A DNA stretch of 63,391 nucleotides, counting the filler, from Klebsormidium nitens (lineage: Eukaryota > Plantae > Klebsormidiophyceae): the NCBI GenBank assembly GCA_000708835.1. It is 6 parts of 6 records of this genome, joined end to end, with 100 filler letters (N's around TTAATTAATTAA, not from the genome) between each part and the next. Parts side by side here need not be neighbours in the genome. Positions count along the whole stretch, not along the records: positions 1 to 22,251 come from DF237895.1; 5 more parts are not named here. One strand, written 5' to 3'. The notes beneath the pieces are model-generated. The model was not told where the DNA came from, searched no databases, and saw nothing but the letters and a program-made list of their open reading frames with translations. The position numbers and the translations under genes were made by a program. Of the stretch, positions 1 to 12,800 are shown in pieces; within the stretch, counting starts at the first letter, position 1, and each line of letters opens with the position of its first letter.

Positions 1-1584
1 CATGATATCGCACCGACATAAGACCGCATGACAAGTGATCTCTGTTGGTATGTACTGCATATTCATGCCAGCTATGGCCGCCACTGGCAGCCGCACGCGT
101 ACTGAATCACACACAATTAATTGGATTACCGTATACCGAGCACTTTTATTCTCGCTGCAGTGCAAGCCCATTATCTCGTCCGACGGATCCTCATCGTTCT
201 ATAAAGCTCGCCGCACGAGACACTGATCATATTGCATGGTCATGATCGTGTTCAGGGTGCCCGCTCGCGGACTCATGCAGTCATTTTCAAATTTACAAAC
301 TAGCTAGTATCACCACATAGTGAGTGACCATCATTTAGTACGTATGCACTAGAAAACGCGTTGATGATAACTTGCACTGAATGATATCACATTCACATGC
401 GTTCGATGCTAACTGAGTATATTAGGCCGCCCATATCATTGCTTACTAAGGTCCGGTTGATTGAGTAGCCTGTACTGTGGACGTTGGCAGAGCGCTTTAG
501 AAACCATGATGTCTTAGCGCAATTATAAGCCTGTCGCTTACCAATAAACTCCTCCAAAGTGGCTGCCTGCGTTCCTGGTGATGGTCATTCTACTTCCGAA
601 ACTGTTATAAAAAGGATACATACATTTTGCACTCTAGAGCTCAGCCCTGCTAGTTCCAAATGTCAATCTGATGTCTCTGTACGACATGCTCTGCAAAAAA
701 GTCTTCAAACCCTCACACGAATCCTGCACGCACCTTTCGAGGATCCAAGACGTCAGTGCTCCGACTATTCCGACCTAGCGAGTGGGGCGCACGGAAACAA
801 CAGTGAGTGGGACAACGTGTCTCAAATCCTCACACGTAACTCTTGCCAAGTGACTCACAACCGATGTTTCGACTACTTTCCATGCTCGTCAATTGCATAC
901 TCCTTGCTGGAAGTTAAACGTTCCCAAAGCTCAGTTTTAAGTGCTTTCACCCACTCCGTGTGTCCAATGTTGCCACCGAAACGCAAAGCTTCGTGGTTTA
1001 GTGCCAAGTTCCAATGGCTTCAAAGTCCCTGCCGGCACATGGTTGGCGCCATTCACGTCCAGAAACGTCCCAGGTGTGGGCTGTGTGCAACCGACGGTAA
1101 TGTCAGTCTGCCGGCACCCGGTAGATAGGCTCGGCTAGTGCCATGTGGCGATTTATCCTGCACAATGGTGGACAACAATGATTAAACACGAAATCCTATA
1201 TGCCACGAAGCATGCTAATTGAGCAAAAAGCACCCCCCGTCTTAAGAAAGAAGAGATGGCTAATGCAAACCTCTAAGAGACCGCCCTGGAAAGACCTTAA
1301 CCCTCACAACAAGTGAACCAAAACGGCAATAAACTTTCAAGGGCAAAGACGATCACCAGCATGCTTCTTTGAAGCACATGAAAGCAGGAAGCTACCAAGA
1401 CTCTGCTTGTCAAAAACGTTACGTCCAGATGGTTGAACCAACTGACAGGCCTCTAAAAAGGGTTCGAGAACTGGCGGGTGAAAAACCCTTTCATCAACAT
1501 TCAGAAAATTCAGAGAATCTGCTTCTGATTTTCAGGTCGGGTCTAGTTAAGCAGCTCGCTCACGTCAGTCAGCGCCGACGGCCT

Positions 1585-4500
1585 TCAGGGTACGAACGGG
1601 TTCCGGGTCTCATATGCAGACGGGGGGTACATCTGGCCGGCCACCTTCTTCTCCTCCGGCAGCTGCTGACCCCCCCACTCCGAAACCGGGCTCGCACTCC
1701 GGCCCCAGATGCTTGGCTCGCCGACCGCGTACTCCCCCCTGAAATGCTCCGGTTTGTTCAGCGGTCCTCCAATAGCAGCATGGGGCAGAGTGTGCGTGTA
1801 CCCATCGAGCCACTTGTAATCGTCGAGAGGGGTTGTTTCTAGCGGGTTCTGCGGGGGGGCGGAAACGCGGTTGGCGGTAAAAGGAGAGTTCGGGCGCTGG
1901 TTGGTGGGCGGACCAAAACCGGGGGGCGGGCGGATTGTGCTGGGCTGCCCAAACCCGGGAGGGGGGATCCGGGTGGGCCCCGCCAACCCCCCTGCGGGGG
2001 CGGAACTTGTTCCGCTACTGAACGAGGGGCCAAGAGCCTGGAAAGTCTCTGACCGGTTGGGAACGGGGGGGCTTGCAAACAGCGACGAAGCTGCGAGTCC
2101 CGGTTCGTCTGATGGCACCAGTTTCGGCAGGGGGATCGTGACGCGCGCCTCTTGGAAGGTGGGGCCTTGTGCGGTCACGCTCAAACCCTGATTAGAGGTA
2201 GTGTTAGCCCCAGAAAAACCGCTCTGGTGAGGCGCGCTGAATCCAAGACCGCCAAAAAGACTGCTGCTTTGAGGGGGGTGGGACCAAGGGGAAAGAGAGG
2301 CCCCCCAATGCTGATATCCCGGGCCGTTTTGGTGCTGAGCTGGCGCGCCGTGATTGGTCAGGCCCTGTTGCTGCTGGAGAAGGTAGTTGTAGTACTGTTG
2401 CTGGGCGGACGGGGCCTCAAAGCTCGCAGGGGGGTAGACAGCGGGGGCAAGCGAACCCCCTGGACGGAGTGTGGTGCTTGCGGGGGAGTATCCTCCCTGG
2501 AGAGGAGAAGCCCCCGGAAAGGAGTTGCCCTGCAGTTGCTGCTGAAGCTCGTACAACTGCTTGAGCTGGTCGTACCCCCGCGCTTGGACTGCGGGGTCGA
2601 GCGCTTTCGACGCATCGGCGGCCTCTTTCAGCAGGTCGTTCGTCACTGCCTCCACGTCAGCTTTTGCTTTCTCGTGCGAGCTCGGACCACGGTGAAGAAG
2701 CCCGAAGTCGACGGGGTTCACGGCGTCCACTCGTTTCGCGCCACCTGGCATCCACTGGTTGAAGCTGAACGCACTGCTGCCGACGATGGGGTCGGAGGTG
2801 CTTGGGAGGCCTTGTTTTGGTGCCAGGTCGAGGTTTGGGAGCAGTGACTGGGGGCCGTTGTTGGATTGGACGGGGCCCTGGTTCTGGCCGTCAGGTCGGG
2901 GGCTCTGACTCTGTGGAATGAAAAATGCAACGGTCAGAAAAGGACGAAAGAAAGTACCGGTCGCGGAAGGAACGACAACGGACGGGGTTCAGCAGAGCTG
3001 ACCTGAAACAACAAAGAATGCAGCGGTAGTCTAACTTTCTGACTGGACGACTAGAATCTTTCTGTCAGACTAGAACCGAAGAGTTTCTCGACATCGAAAA
3101 AGCCAAAGGGGGTCAAAAACGAGGTCTGAAGCTTAGGGCTCGTCACGCCTTGTCTTTGCCCAACGAGCTTCAAGCTCGTTTACAACAGCTCCTGATCGGG
3201 AAACCAGGCATTCTAAAAAGACCCTTTTCAAGCGAACGTGATGGGCCCAGAAAACAGCTGCACTGGTTCATCTACAACAACCTAGCGTGCATCTTTCAAG
3301 ACGGCTGAGGAGAGGAACGAGAGGAGAGCGTACCAACACAAGAGCCACATGCACGAGCCATAGACAATAAACCAAGCTTGGTAGGATGCAAATCAGCTGG
3401 ACAGAATCCTATTTGGAATCCGGAGGTGGTGGCGCAAGGGACAAGGTTGATGAGTGCCTCGCGTAGACGTAAGCAGACCTTTTGACGCCAGGAAAGGTGA
3501 TCCACAGACTCTCCCAAACCCAGCTTTCTCATTTACAACAGATGGCTGACCAGGTGAAAATTGCAAACTCCTTACAAGAGGCACTTTACGAACTCTTACA
3601 TGCATGGGGCTGCCAGTAAGGGGACTTGGCTGCGACCCGCCCCTCCTCATCGGTTGGAACACAATCTCCTCTTCGTCCTCGTCCAAGCTCTCCTCAGTCT
3701 GCTTGACCCCCTCCTTGACCCCCTCCTTGCCCCCGTCCTTAACTGCCCTTTTTGCCGCCAGCTGTGCCCGGAAAACTCGCTCGGCCTCAACCGCCAGCTC
3801 ATCCCGAGCGGACCCTTTGAGCTTCCCCGCCTGCTGCGCCCTTTGAAACAGTTCTTTCTTCGCCGCCTCTAGTTCGTCCTTCCCGCTGCTCACCAGACCC
3901 AGATCTTCCTCCTCAGTTTCGGCATCTGCTATTCGCTCGTCCGAACCCTGTCCGAATCCTGCCAAGACCGCCAGGTTTGCGCCTGCACTCTGGCCGAATA
4001 CCCCCACATCCGGTAATTCCGTGTGTGCAGGCAAAGCGTTCACTAATGACCCTAGCAGCGCGCTTCCAATTGGCCCTATCCCACCAGCAGAAGGGTCCAA
4101 ACCCACCATGGTCTCCTCCAAACCCTGCCCCAAACCCACGTTTTGCAAACCCAGTCCCTGCCCGAAACCGACCCCCAACTCGCTCACTCCCCCCCTCTCC
4201 AAGACCTTCAGATCCTCGGGGCGACGCTCCGACACACCCCGACTAAACTGGAACAGCCCCAGTTCCTCGCTGAACCGCAGCCCCTCTGCGCGCACGTCTG
4301 CCAGGCACGCCGCAAGATTCTTCCCCGCCTCGAGAACGCGGCGCCCCCTCGACACCGCCTGCTGCGCGTTTGCAACGTCCAAAACGGGGGCGGGCTTCGA
4401 GAAGTCGAGCGCCCGGTGCGCGCTCGCCAAGGGCTCGAACCCCCGCAGCTCGTAATCCTCCCATAGAGCATTGCTCTCGCTCCTCCCACGAGCCACGTCA

Positions 4501-7500
4501 GTGACCCCCTGAGTGACGTCATTCAGCAGCCCGCTGACCTCGCGCCAGAAGAACGAGCGCGCGCGCCCCTGGCGGTCACCGACTTCCCCCTCGCCGGCTG
4601 CCACTTTCGGGTTAACCACTAACCACTCCAGGAGGACGAGCACGCTCGGGAGGAGCAGGTTAGCGGTCGGGTTAGCCCCTAACCCGCAGCGGTGTGCAAA
4701 ACGCCCGGCGAGCTCAAAGAGGGCGGTGAGGGCGTGTTGCGCGAGGGCGGAGCTCTGAATGATCTCAGAGTAGGACGGCTTGTGGCCTTCGGGGACCCAG
4801 CTCAGGTTGTGGACTGTGAAGACGGCGATCACCATAACCTGCAGAAAAACGTTAAAAGTCGGGTTAAGATTTGCTGAGAATCCTTTGATAGCTCAGGAAA
4901 AACAAACGACTTTGAAGGAGAACGGCTTGTGGCCCTCGGGGACCCAACTCTGGTTGTAGACTGCGAATTTGCCAACCATAGCAGCCGCTAGCATAATCCA
5001 ATACGCAACGAGATCTGAATGCTTTTGGAGGCGAACAGCTTCTAACCATCGGAAGCATGATCCAAGGTGAAGATGGCAGCTTAATGACCTGCGAAGAAGC
5101 GCGTAGCAGGGGAGATGGGTTGCAAAATTGGTCGGAGGGCATCGACTGGATTAGGACCAATGGAAACTCGGCTTTGTTCGAGAACAGTAAAGATAACGCT
5201 GTGAAGGAAATTGAGGGGCAAAAGATGGTCAGGAAAATGGCCTCACCTGCAGCAGTCCCGCAGCACCAAGGCTCCCTAAAGCAATCCCGCTCCGGCGCTC
5301 CGCCGCAAGCCCCGCATCGAGTGCCACGTCATCAGCCTCGAAGAGGGCGTCCAAGTCGGACATCGTCGCAGTGTACACGTCCGAAAAGGTTTCAACACTG
5401 GTCTTCGTGAAAACGATGCCGTTCAAACGGACGAATGGCGTCTGGAAGCTGAGGCGGAGCTTGGAGATGGTGTCGTCGTCGTGGGGGGGCGCGTCTGAGA
5501 CTTGCTTGGCGGAGGCCTTTGAGGAGGGTGCCAGTTGGGCATACTTGGCGCGGTTCTGTGAAGAGGGGAAAGAAATAAGCGCGATGAATTGAGGGGTGTG
5601 CAACATCTGGGTAAGTACAAGGCTCCACGAGACAGAAAAGTACGAACCTGTGGTAAAAGTATGCCATCCTGGCGGCTTACGCCTTGGTATCCTACCAAAG
5701 CACTGATGCCCCGTCTTCCTAAATGGTAGCCTTTATAGATTGGCGTCGAACGATGCCTCGCTTGTCCCGGGACGGTTTGAATAAGCGTGCTCCTGAGATG
5801 TCACTATCAACGGCTTACCTTCTCAAAGAGCATGAGCAGATTGTCCCTGGCGGTCAGGAAGGGCACCTCGACGGCAAGGCTCCGATAGTAGCGGTAAACC
5901 GCTAGCAGCTCGTCGTCGACATACGTGGCAAGCACGGCAAGCTGCAAAAGCGAAAGATGCATTTACTCAAGGGGACGACGGCAAAATGAAAGCCGGACAG
6001 AAGTCCTGATTGAGGAACACCACGAAGGGCACTTGGCCTGCTTTGAAGGATGATCTCATCAGATTGCTTACGGAGAAGAAAGGAAAGGGCTAAGTGGCCG
6101 GAGATTGGGCAACTAAGAAACCAAACATAAAACTGCAACAGTCCCAGCAACGCGCTTGCTCGGGAACCTACAGGCTGCACGCCAGATTCAATCAAGAACT
6201 GCGCAGGCGTGACCTCGACTTACCATCTCAGCACTTCAGAACATAAGATAAACAGCAAAAGACTGCTCACCTGGTTGTGCGGGTTCCCGCTCGCCGGCCA
6301 GAGCGCTGCGGCTTGCAGGTAGTAGTTAGCCACAATTGCCCAGTCCTTGACCTTGCTATCCGAGTGCAGCTCCTTGTAGCGTGCCAGATCGCCCAGGTAG
6401 ATAAGGCAGCGGTGGCAGGATGCCTGCACGGAAAGCCAACAACCCAGATTAAAGTGGGCTCGGATTTTAAAGCTCGGGAAATGCAGTCAGTGAGTCTGAG
6501 CCTTGTTCGAACGGACCAGATCAAAAGTTTGGCTAATGTGGACTTCCCGCACCATAGATGGTTTGAAGAGGACGTTACGTCCTACCTCCACTTTAAAGCA
6601 CAAAAAGCAACGTTTTCAGTCAGGAACAACAGCCCTCATTCGATCAGCAGCTTTGAACTTGGTTGACTAAACTTGAGAGCAACGCGCAGGGTCAGCTCGT
6701 TTCTTGAGGCACCTGATGTACATAGCTTGGACGCGAGAGGCACTGCTTGATATGGCACAAGACCCCAGCCCCTCAGGTGGTGCTGCTTAGCAGCACACTG
6801 CATAGGGGCAGGTTGCAAAAATGGAAGTAGGATGCTACCAGCTCCCTTCACACCGACAGAGGGGAGAAAGCAACCCAAGATCCATACAAGCGCCAGAACA
6901 AACTTGATGTTCTGGCCCGACATATGCGAAACGAAATTAGCATGACGAACCTAGCTACTTGGACTATAAACCTGCACAATTATTCCAACTCACCTGGCAC
7001 AACCGGAGCTTGTCCGGCCCCAGCTTCGCGGCCACATCCTCCGGCACATTTGGGGAAAAGTCCTGCGGCAGTCCGTACAGGGCCCTCAGCTTGAACACCA
7101 GCTCGTGGTAAAATCCCGTGGCGTCACCCAGGAATCCCCGGAACCCCGCGAGGGCCTTGTGCAGCGCTTCCTTTGCGGCGCCCGGTTTGGCTCCCCCGGG
7201 CGGAAGGGGCAGCCCTGTGCCAGCTTGGGAGGTGCCCGGTTTGGCGCCCCGGGGAGGCCCTGTCGCGGCCTGGGAGTACTTCCGGATCCTGCCGCGGAAG
7301 TCCTCGATGCGGCGGTAGATGCCCCGCCACAGGGCCTGCTCGACATCATGCTCGACAGCGAAGGCATGGTCGGTGAGGAGGATCTCTTGGTACAGGGAGC
7401 GGAGGGTGGTCAGGAGGGAGTATGCGGTGCCGTCGGAGAAGCCCTTGGACTGAAGGGTCGTGCGTAACTGTTGCTCTAGCTTTTGGGCCTGCAGGAGGCA

Positions 7501-8242
7501 TAGAAGAGATAGTCATTGACCGCATAAAGGCTGAATTCCACTACTCAAACAAGCGGTCACGGTATTTCACCAGGAATGTGCCCTCAGAAACGTGTTGACC
7601 TTGTCAGGATGAGGCCCTTACTGAGGTACTGCCGTTACAAGCAACTGCTAAATATTGCTCATGACCACAATCGTGAGTGTCGGTTGCAAGCAGAGAGTAA
7701 ATCTTTGAGCACAGCTACTCCAGAAAGCGAAGGAAGTTCTCCACTCGGAGAATTTTGCTCAGCTCTGAACCTTTCAGGCCCCGGCAATTGACACCGAGTC
7801 AAGAACAAAGTGACTGTAGGAGAAAAATAACAACTGTGTTCGGGTTCCTTCCAAAGATTGTGCATCACAAGAAGCAGCGCCACTGTCTGAACAAAGTAAC
7901 TCAGATCCACCGGGTTAAAACACGGCAGGTGAAGCTTTGAACTGCGGTCCTGCTCGGCGACAACGCATACTGGGGGGAGGGACTCTTTTTCAAGCAACAT
8001 ATCAGAGTCCCAAGTGCTGGCAGATGTTCCAATCAAAACCCTGCATGACGAGCGCATGCTGCAGCAGGACCTTTTAGCTTTTCTCATCAACTAAACGTCC
8101 AGGCCGGGCGTTGCTTCAACGAGAAATTCCATTTCCGAACCGGGTCCATGAGAGCACAGAGCAGAAACAGGAGCACTGCACTTACCTTCTTAAGAAGCGC
8201 CTCGGCTGAAGCGCGAGAGTCGCGCTCACCGCTTTGACTCAT
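1585..8242 (-). CDS. SMG7: SMG7/EST1-family nonsense-mediated decay factor, 7 exons, ~1233 aa
   Basis: Hand-spliced GT-AG exons, all phase 0: 8242-8186, 7488-6994, 6423-6271, 5941-5819, 5555-5247, 4838-3600, 2910-1585. Peptides EQALWRGIYRRIEDFR, FLGDATGFYHEL, SCHRCLIYLGDLARYKE, YYLQAAALWPASGNPHNQLA and YRYYRSLAVEVPFLTARDNL match the plant SMG7 EST1/TPR region. The C-terminus is low-complexity with PPPGF motifs. Confidence 0.93.
4915..4995 (-). repeat. Degenerate intronic copy of the start of SMG7 exon 6
   Basis: The minus strand reads MVGKFAVYNQSWVPEGHKPFS versus the real exon MVIAVFTVHNLSWVPEGHKPSY about 140 nt downstream; near-identical DNA GGCTTGTGGCC(C/T)TCGGGGACCCA at ~4924 and ~4787. 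Confidence 0.85.
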
Positions 8243-9845
8243 ATTCCATGGTCAATTGCAAGGTGAACAAGAGCAGGTCCTGATACTTCTCTTCCTACAC
8301 AAAGAAGTGAACACAACCATCAGCACGGTTATGCAAGATATTATTGGTGAGCCTATGGAAGAGCGCGCCTCTGAGAGACAGAATATCATGGTTATAGCAA
8401 AACGTTCTGGAACAACTTCCCAGCTTTCTGCACTGCTTCAAGGAGCAATAAAGCAACTTCACGCTTCGCAACAAAGCCACTTCAAGCTTGGCGAGACACT
8501 TGATTTGACAGGAGAGACCCAAGTCCACCGATTTGCACGACGAACTCGGACCAAATGCAAAACCGTCCCTCTCTGAGACTCTGCCGTGCAGTTCCAAGAG
8601 CCTTGAAGCAATGTTGCATCTTCAGCACCAATCGAGAACTGCAACCTATCGTACTTTAAAAAGATGCGACAAATGCCAATCACCACTTGTATACATCTGC
8701 AAGCTACTGGGAACTTCAAAGCCTTCAAACTTTGACTCTCGCCAGGGTAGAGGAGGCCTTAAGAAAGGCTGACCATTACCAAAATGTGAGCCACATCCCC
8801 TTTCGAAAAAACGCTTGACTTTCAGAAACTAAGGACAGAATGTGGAGCTTGCACCTCGCAACCCCCGTCGAACAGCGATTTTGATAGTGCACATTGGTTG
8901 TCAAGCCTAAGTCTGAGCCCAAACCATAAATTTTGAACGACCACATTTCACACGTATGCACCAAGTCAGGAGAACTTCAAAGCACGATGCAAGAGACCGC
9001 GCTGCTTCTGTGTATCACACAGACAAATGCGAAGGGCGTACCTGTGTTTCCTGAGCAGTCCTATTCCAAAAACGTGATATGAACCTGCTGCTCGTCTTGC
9101 GTGTGAGAAATTGGAGAAGATTGGGAGGTTGCTATATACATACTCATTCTCGCAGGCCTTCTGCGTGCACTGCTGTGTTTGTAAAGGCGCCCTCGCCCTC
9201 CTGTTTGACAGGTTGAAAGGGACGTCCAATTCCAATTTCCAAGTCTAAAATCCAGCTCAGGGGAGGGCTTGGCCCTGGACATGTTTCTGACATTGTGAAT
9301 TTAATTTGCAAGATCGAGGGAGTGACTCCGAGAAGATCCTTTCCTGCACTTCCTTGGATCCGCTGCTTTATGTGTTCTCTCGACAACGGAACAAGAAGCG
9401 GTCACTGGCCGGGGAGTCGGACTCGGTTATTGCGTATCAGAGGCCGCCTGTATTCGATCGGAACGTCCGACCGGGTCAATCGATGACGCTCCGTTCTAGG
9501 GGTTCCGCTTCCGTTCTGTAGGCGACGGTTCGCCTGCTGATCGCAATATTGCGGCAATTTGCAATCTGCAAAACTGCTGATCAGAACCTGCCAGGCATGC
9601 ATGGCGAAATACTAGGTATGGGTCTACATTCAAGTTCAACCCGCGCATCAATTGGATGAAAGCGCCTCCATTGTTTCTAGTTTAGCGTTTGAAAGGACCA
9701 CAGCCTCGCGAATTTGAAGAGGAGAGACAGGCATGCTGACGAGTTGATGTGGGAGCCTAAGTTGTAATGAGATTCTCCTTGTAGGAAGAATTCCGGTGAA
9801 AGAAACTGAAAAGTTGGACGGCTGCAGGACATTTGTTGCAGGGAC

Positions 9846-12800
9846 ATGGGTGTGAAGAGTCCCAAAAAGAAAGGCGGGAAAGGGGGCAGGGCAACTTCCG
9901 ACAGCGGGCCTGCCAATGAGCACCCTGCAAGCGGTGAAGCTGCGCCTGCTAATCATGTTCAAGAGAATCATGTATCTCAATCTGCTGACAAGGCACAGTC
10001 GCAGACTGAGAATGGACCCTCTGCGGCACACGCTCCGAATGGATACCCAGATGTCTCGGAGCTGTCGAGCGAGGAGCTTCGACGAGCAAGGGATGGTTTA
10101 GAAAACCTGAGCCTGAAAGATGGGGTTAAACTTGACCCTGAGGGGAAGGAGGCAGTGGCGTTGGCCGAGACGCTGGTTGACGTGGGGCCAGCGGCCGTGC
10201 GGGAGCACTACCCTGAGCTCTTCGCAGAGCAACGCGACAGGTCTGAGTCGTTCATGGTTGAGGATTCAGAGTCAGACCTGCGAAGCTCAGACTCGGAAGA
10301 TGTTTCGGATGAGGAGGCATCTGCGAGTGATGCGTCGGAGGAGGCCGGCCACGAGAATGGAGGCAAGAAGAAGAAAAAGAAGAAGAAGAAGAAGGTAGGC
10401 CAGGCATAATCTAGGGTTTGGGTATCAGAACTTGTGAGATTCTCAGTCTGCAAGGACTCCATGCAGAAGCAACTGCAATTCTTGCCAGTCTAGAATCATC
10501 AATGCAGGTCACGGCGTCTTACTTTGTTGCATGCATAAGTAGGGTGATCTATTCAAAAATTGAGACCTCAACTTGTCCGATTGCCAGTGGTAATCTACTA
10601 GCGACAACATGGCACTTGGCACTTGCAACCTCCAGATTGTCTCCGACATTGATAGGATTGGGATCCCCAATTGCCGCAAAGGACTACCTCAGTGTGTGGA
10701 TGACAGTTGTTGCAGCTCATTACCAAGCTTCCGGTGGCTTGTTGACCAGTGTCGTAAGCTCGTGTTGCCTTTTGCTGACTTAGATTGTCAGGTGTCAGCT
10801 TTAAAAGGCTTTCGCACTTTCGCACTTTCGGCAGCTCATGTATCACCTGCGCCTATTCATAAAGAGGTCAACTTGTCTTACCTGCTTATGCGCAACCTCT
10901 TCCCTTTGGTCCTGCAGAAGAAGAGGACGGCAAGCGACGCTGAGGTCAGGGCACACCACTCTGAGAATCAAGTGCCCCAGGAGGAAGCCGAATCGAGGCA
11001 AGTTGCAGTTGATGTACCGCTTGGAGTCTTGATCATTGAACAATTTCGATGTTGGTAACCCATTGCTGAGCGTTATGTGAGGCCACAGTAATAGCCTCCC
11101 GTTGTAAGCAGATTTGTCTGAGCCACAGATTGAGTTTCTGTGCTGGGAGGAGTGGGCAAGGTAAGGGGGTAATGTGGGCTTATGAGGTGGGACTGACATA
11201 CCAGATTGGCAGTAAAGCCCGCAGACTATCACAATCTGACGAGAGAAAAACTTTGATGATGAGCAGAGCAAATCGGCGCACCATGTCGGAGGTCTTTCAA
11301 GGAGCACTCCAGTATTTGCCTCCCGGTTCTACATTCTGTACTACAGGAGCAAACACAACCTGCAAGTTCTCGAAGGCAGCACTCTTGTGTTGTCCGGCAA
11401 GAAAGCAGACTATCTTTTCTCAGGAGAGTCCCCGCTGGAAGCTGTTATTAAAACTGGGCGTGACTCTTTTCAGGTACAAGCAGGCTCTCGATGGCCTGCT
11501 GGCGAACGATGATGTCATGCTGTGGGTGCAACTAAACCAGTGCCGGGTGGGGGACAAGAAGCTGCGCAAGTTGTCGGACGCACTTTGCGCGAATACCGCC
11601 GTAACATCTGTCGACCTGTCGCACAACCAGATCACCGACAGCGGAGTTGAGGTGAGTTGTTTTATGGTACCGTGGTTTTCCTCCCACCTGGCAGGTCTTG
11701 CTTTCAGCTATTCGAGGTCCCATTTCAGCTGGCTTTGGTCATCTGGCGTTTCGATTAGCGAGCTTTTCCTACAGAGTCTGAGGCAAGGGAGTTGGGTCAT
11801 GCCCCAGACAGAGAAGGACAGAGGGTGGCAAGGTCAGCTTGTTCTCGATCATGCGGTTCTTAACAGTTGCCGAGACTGCAATAAATAGCACATTACACCA
11901 GGGTGCAATGAAGGTTGCTTTCTGGACTGCTTGCAAGTTAATGACAGCTAAGACTTAGGGCATCTAAGAAGGCTCTCCTTAACAGGATGGTTAGTATTGA
12001 GCCCTCCTTCCCCAGCGACTGTTGCTAGGGCCAGCGTGTTGGACACTTGCCTAAAACTTGTGCGCTTCAAAGGCTTGGAGTCAATAGTACTTTGGCAAAT
12101 CTTATGTTACGCTCACGGAAAGGCGCACCTACAAAACGCGCTCCCAAAGCCTGACAAACTGCATCCACCATGCTCCAGTGTTTTGTTGTCTTCATCTGCA
12201 CTTTCATCTGATACTGGGGAGCGCCGTCTCATAAAAAGGCTCGGGGATGTTTTTGATCGGAGTCTGGTCAAGACAGGCGCATAATTTGTACCTCCAGGCT
12301 CTCGCCAACGTTCTCTCTAGCGGGTGCGCCCATGACCTCATCGCGCTGGACGTTCGGGGGAACCCTCTGTCGGATCGGGGACGAGGACTGCTCACGAAGC
12401 TTGCCAAGGAAAGGAAACAGATGAAGGTGAAGCTTTACCTTTCTTTTCCACCACAAGAATGCCGTCCGAACAGTCGACATTCCATGCGAAGAGGTTTGAT
12501 TGAAGTCTTCTGTTTCTGTAGGACTGCCAACAGTCCTTCCTGGCAGTGGAGAAGTGAGGGAGTCTGGATGCTTACAGTGCTTGATTTTCATTAGACGTCC
12601 GGGATGGATATACAACTTACGGTTGCTGCCTTTGGCTATCATTCCTTTGATGGATAGTCGAGACTCTTGAAAAGCTTCAGCAAGGGCAGTCGATCGAGGC
12701 AGTGACCTCTAATGGGAGGTCCCAAAGAGCGAAAGCCCATTGCTTTTTAGGCTGACATGCAACGGAGTTTGCAACGACTTCTGGGGTTAAGAGAGTCGAG

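Noticed and set aside
559-1128. 189-aa + strand ORF
   Set aside because: GTG start, no recognisable motif, and it overlaps the likely SMG7 3' UTR.
1610-4758. Several + strand and alternative-frame ORFs (e.g. 2152-2847, 4021-4455)
   Set aside because: Antisense shadows of GC-rich SMG7 exons.
10365-10394. (AAG)n microsatellite
   Set aside because: Coding poly-Lys tract of the LRR-SAPS gene.
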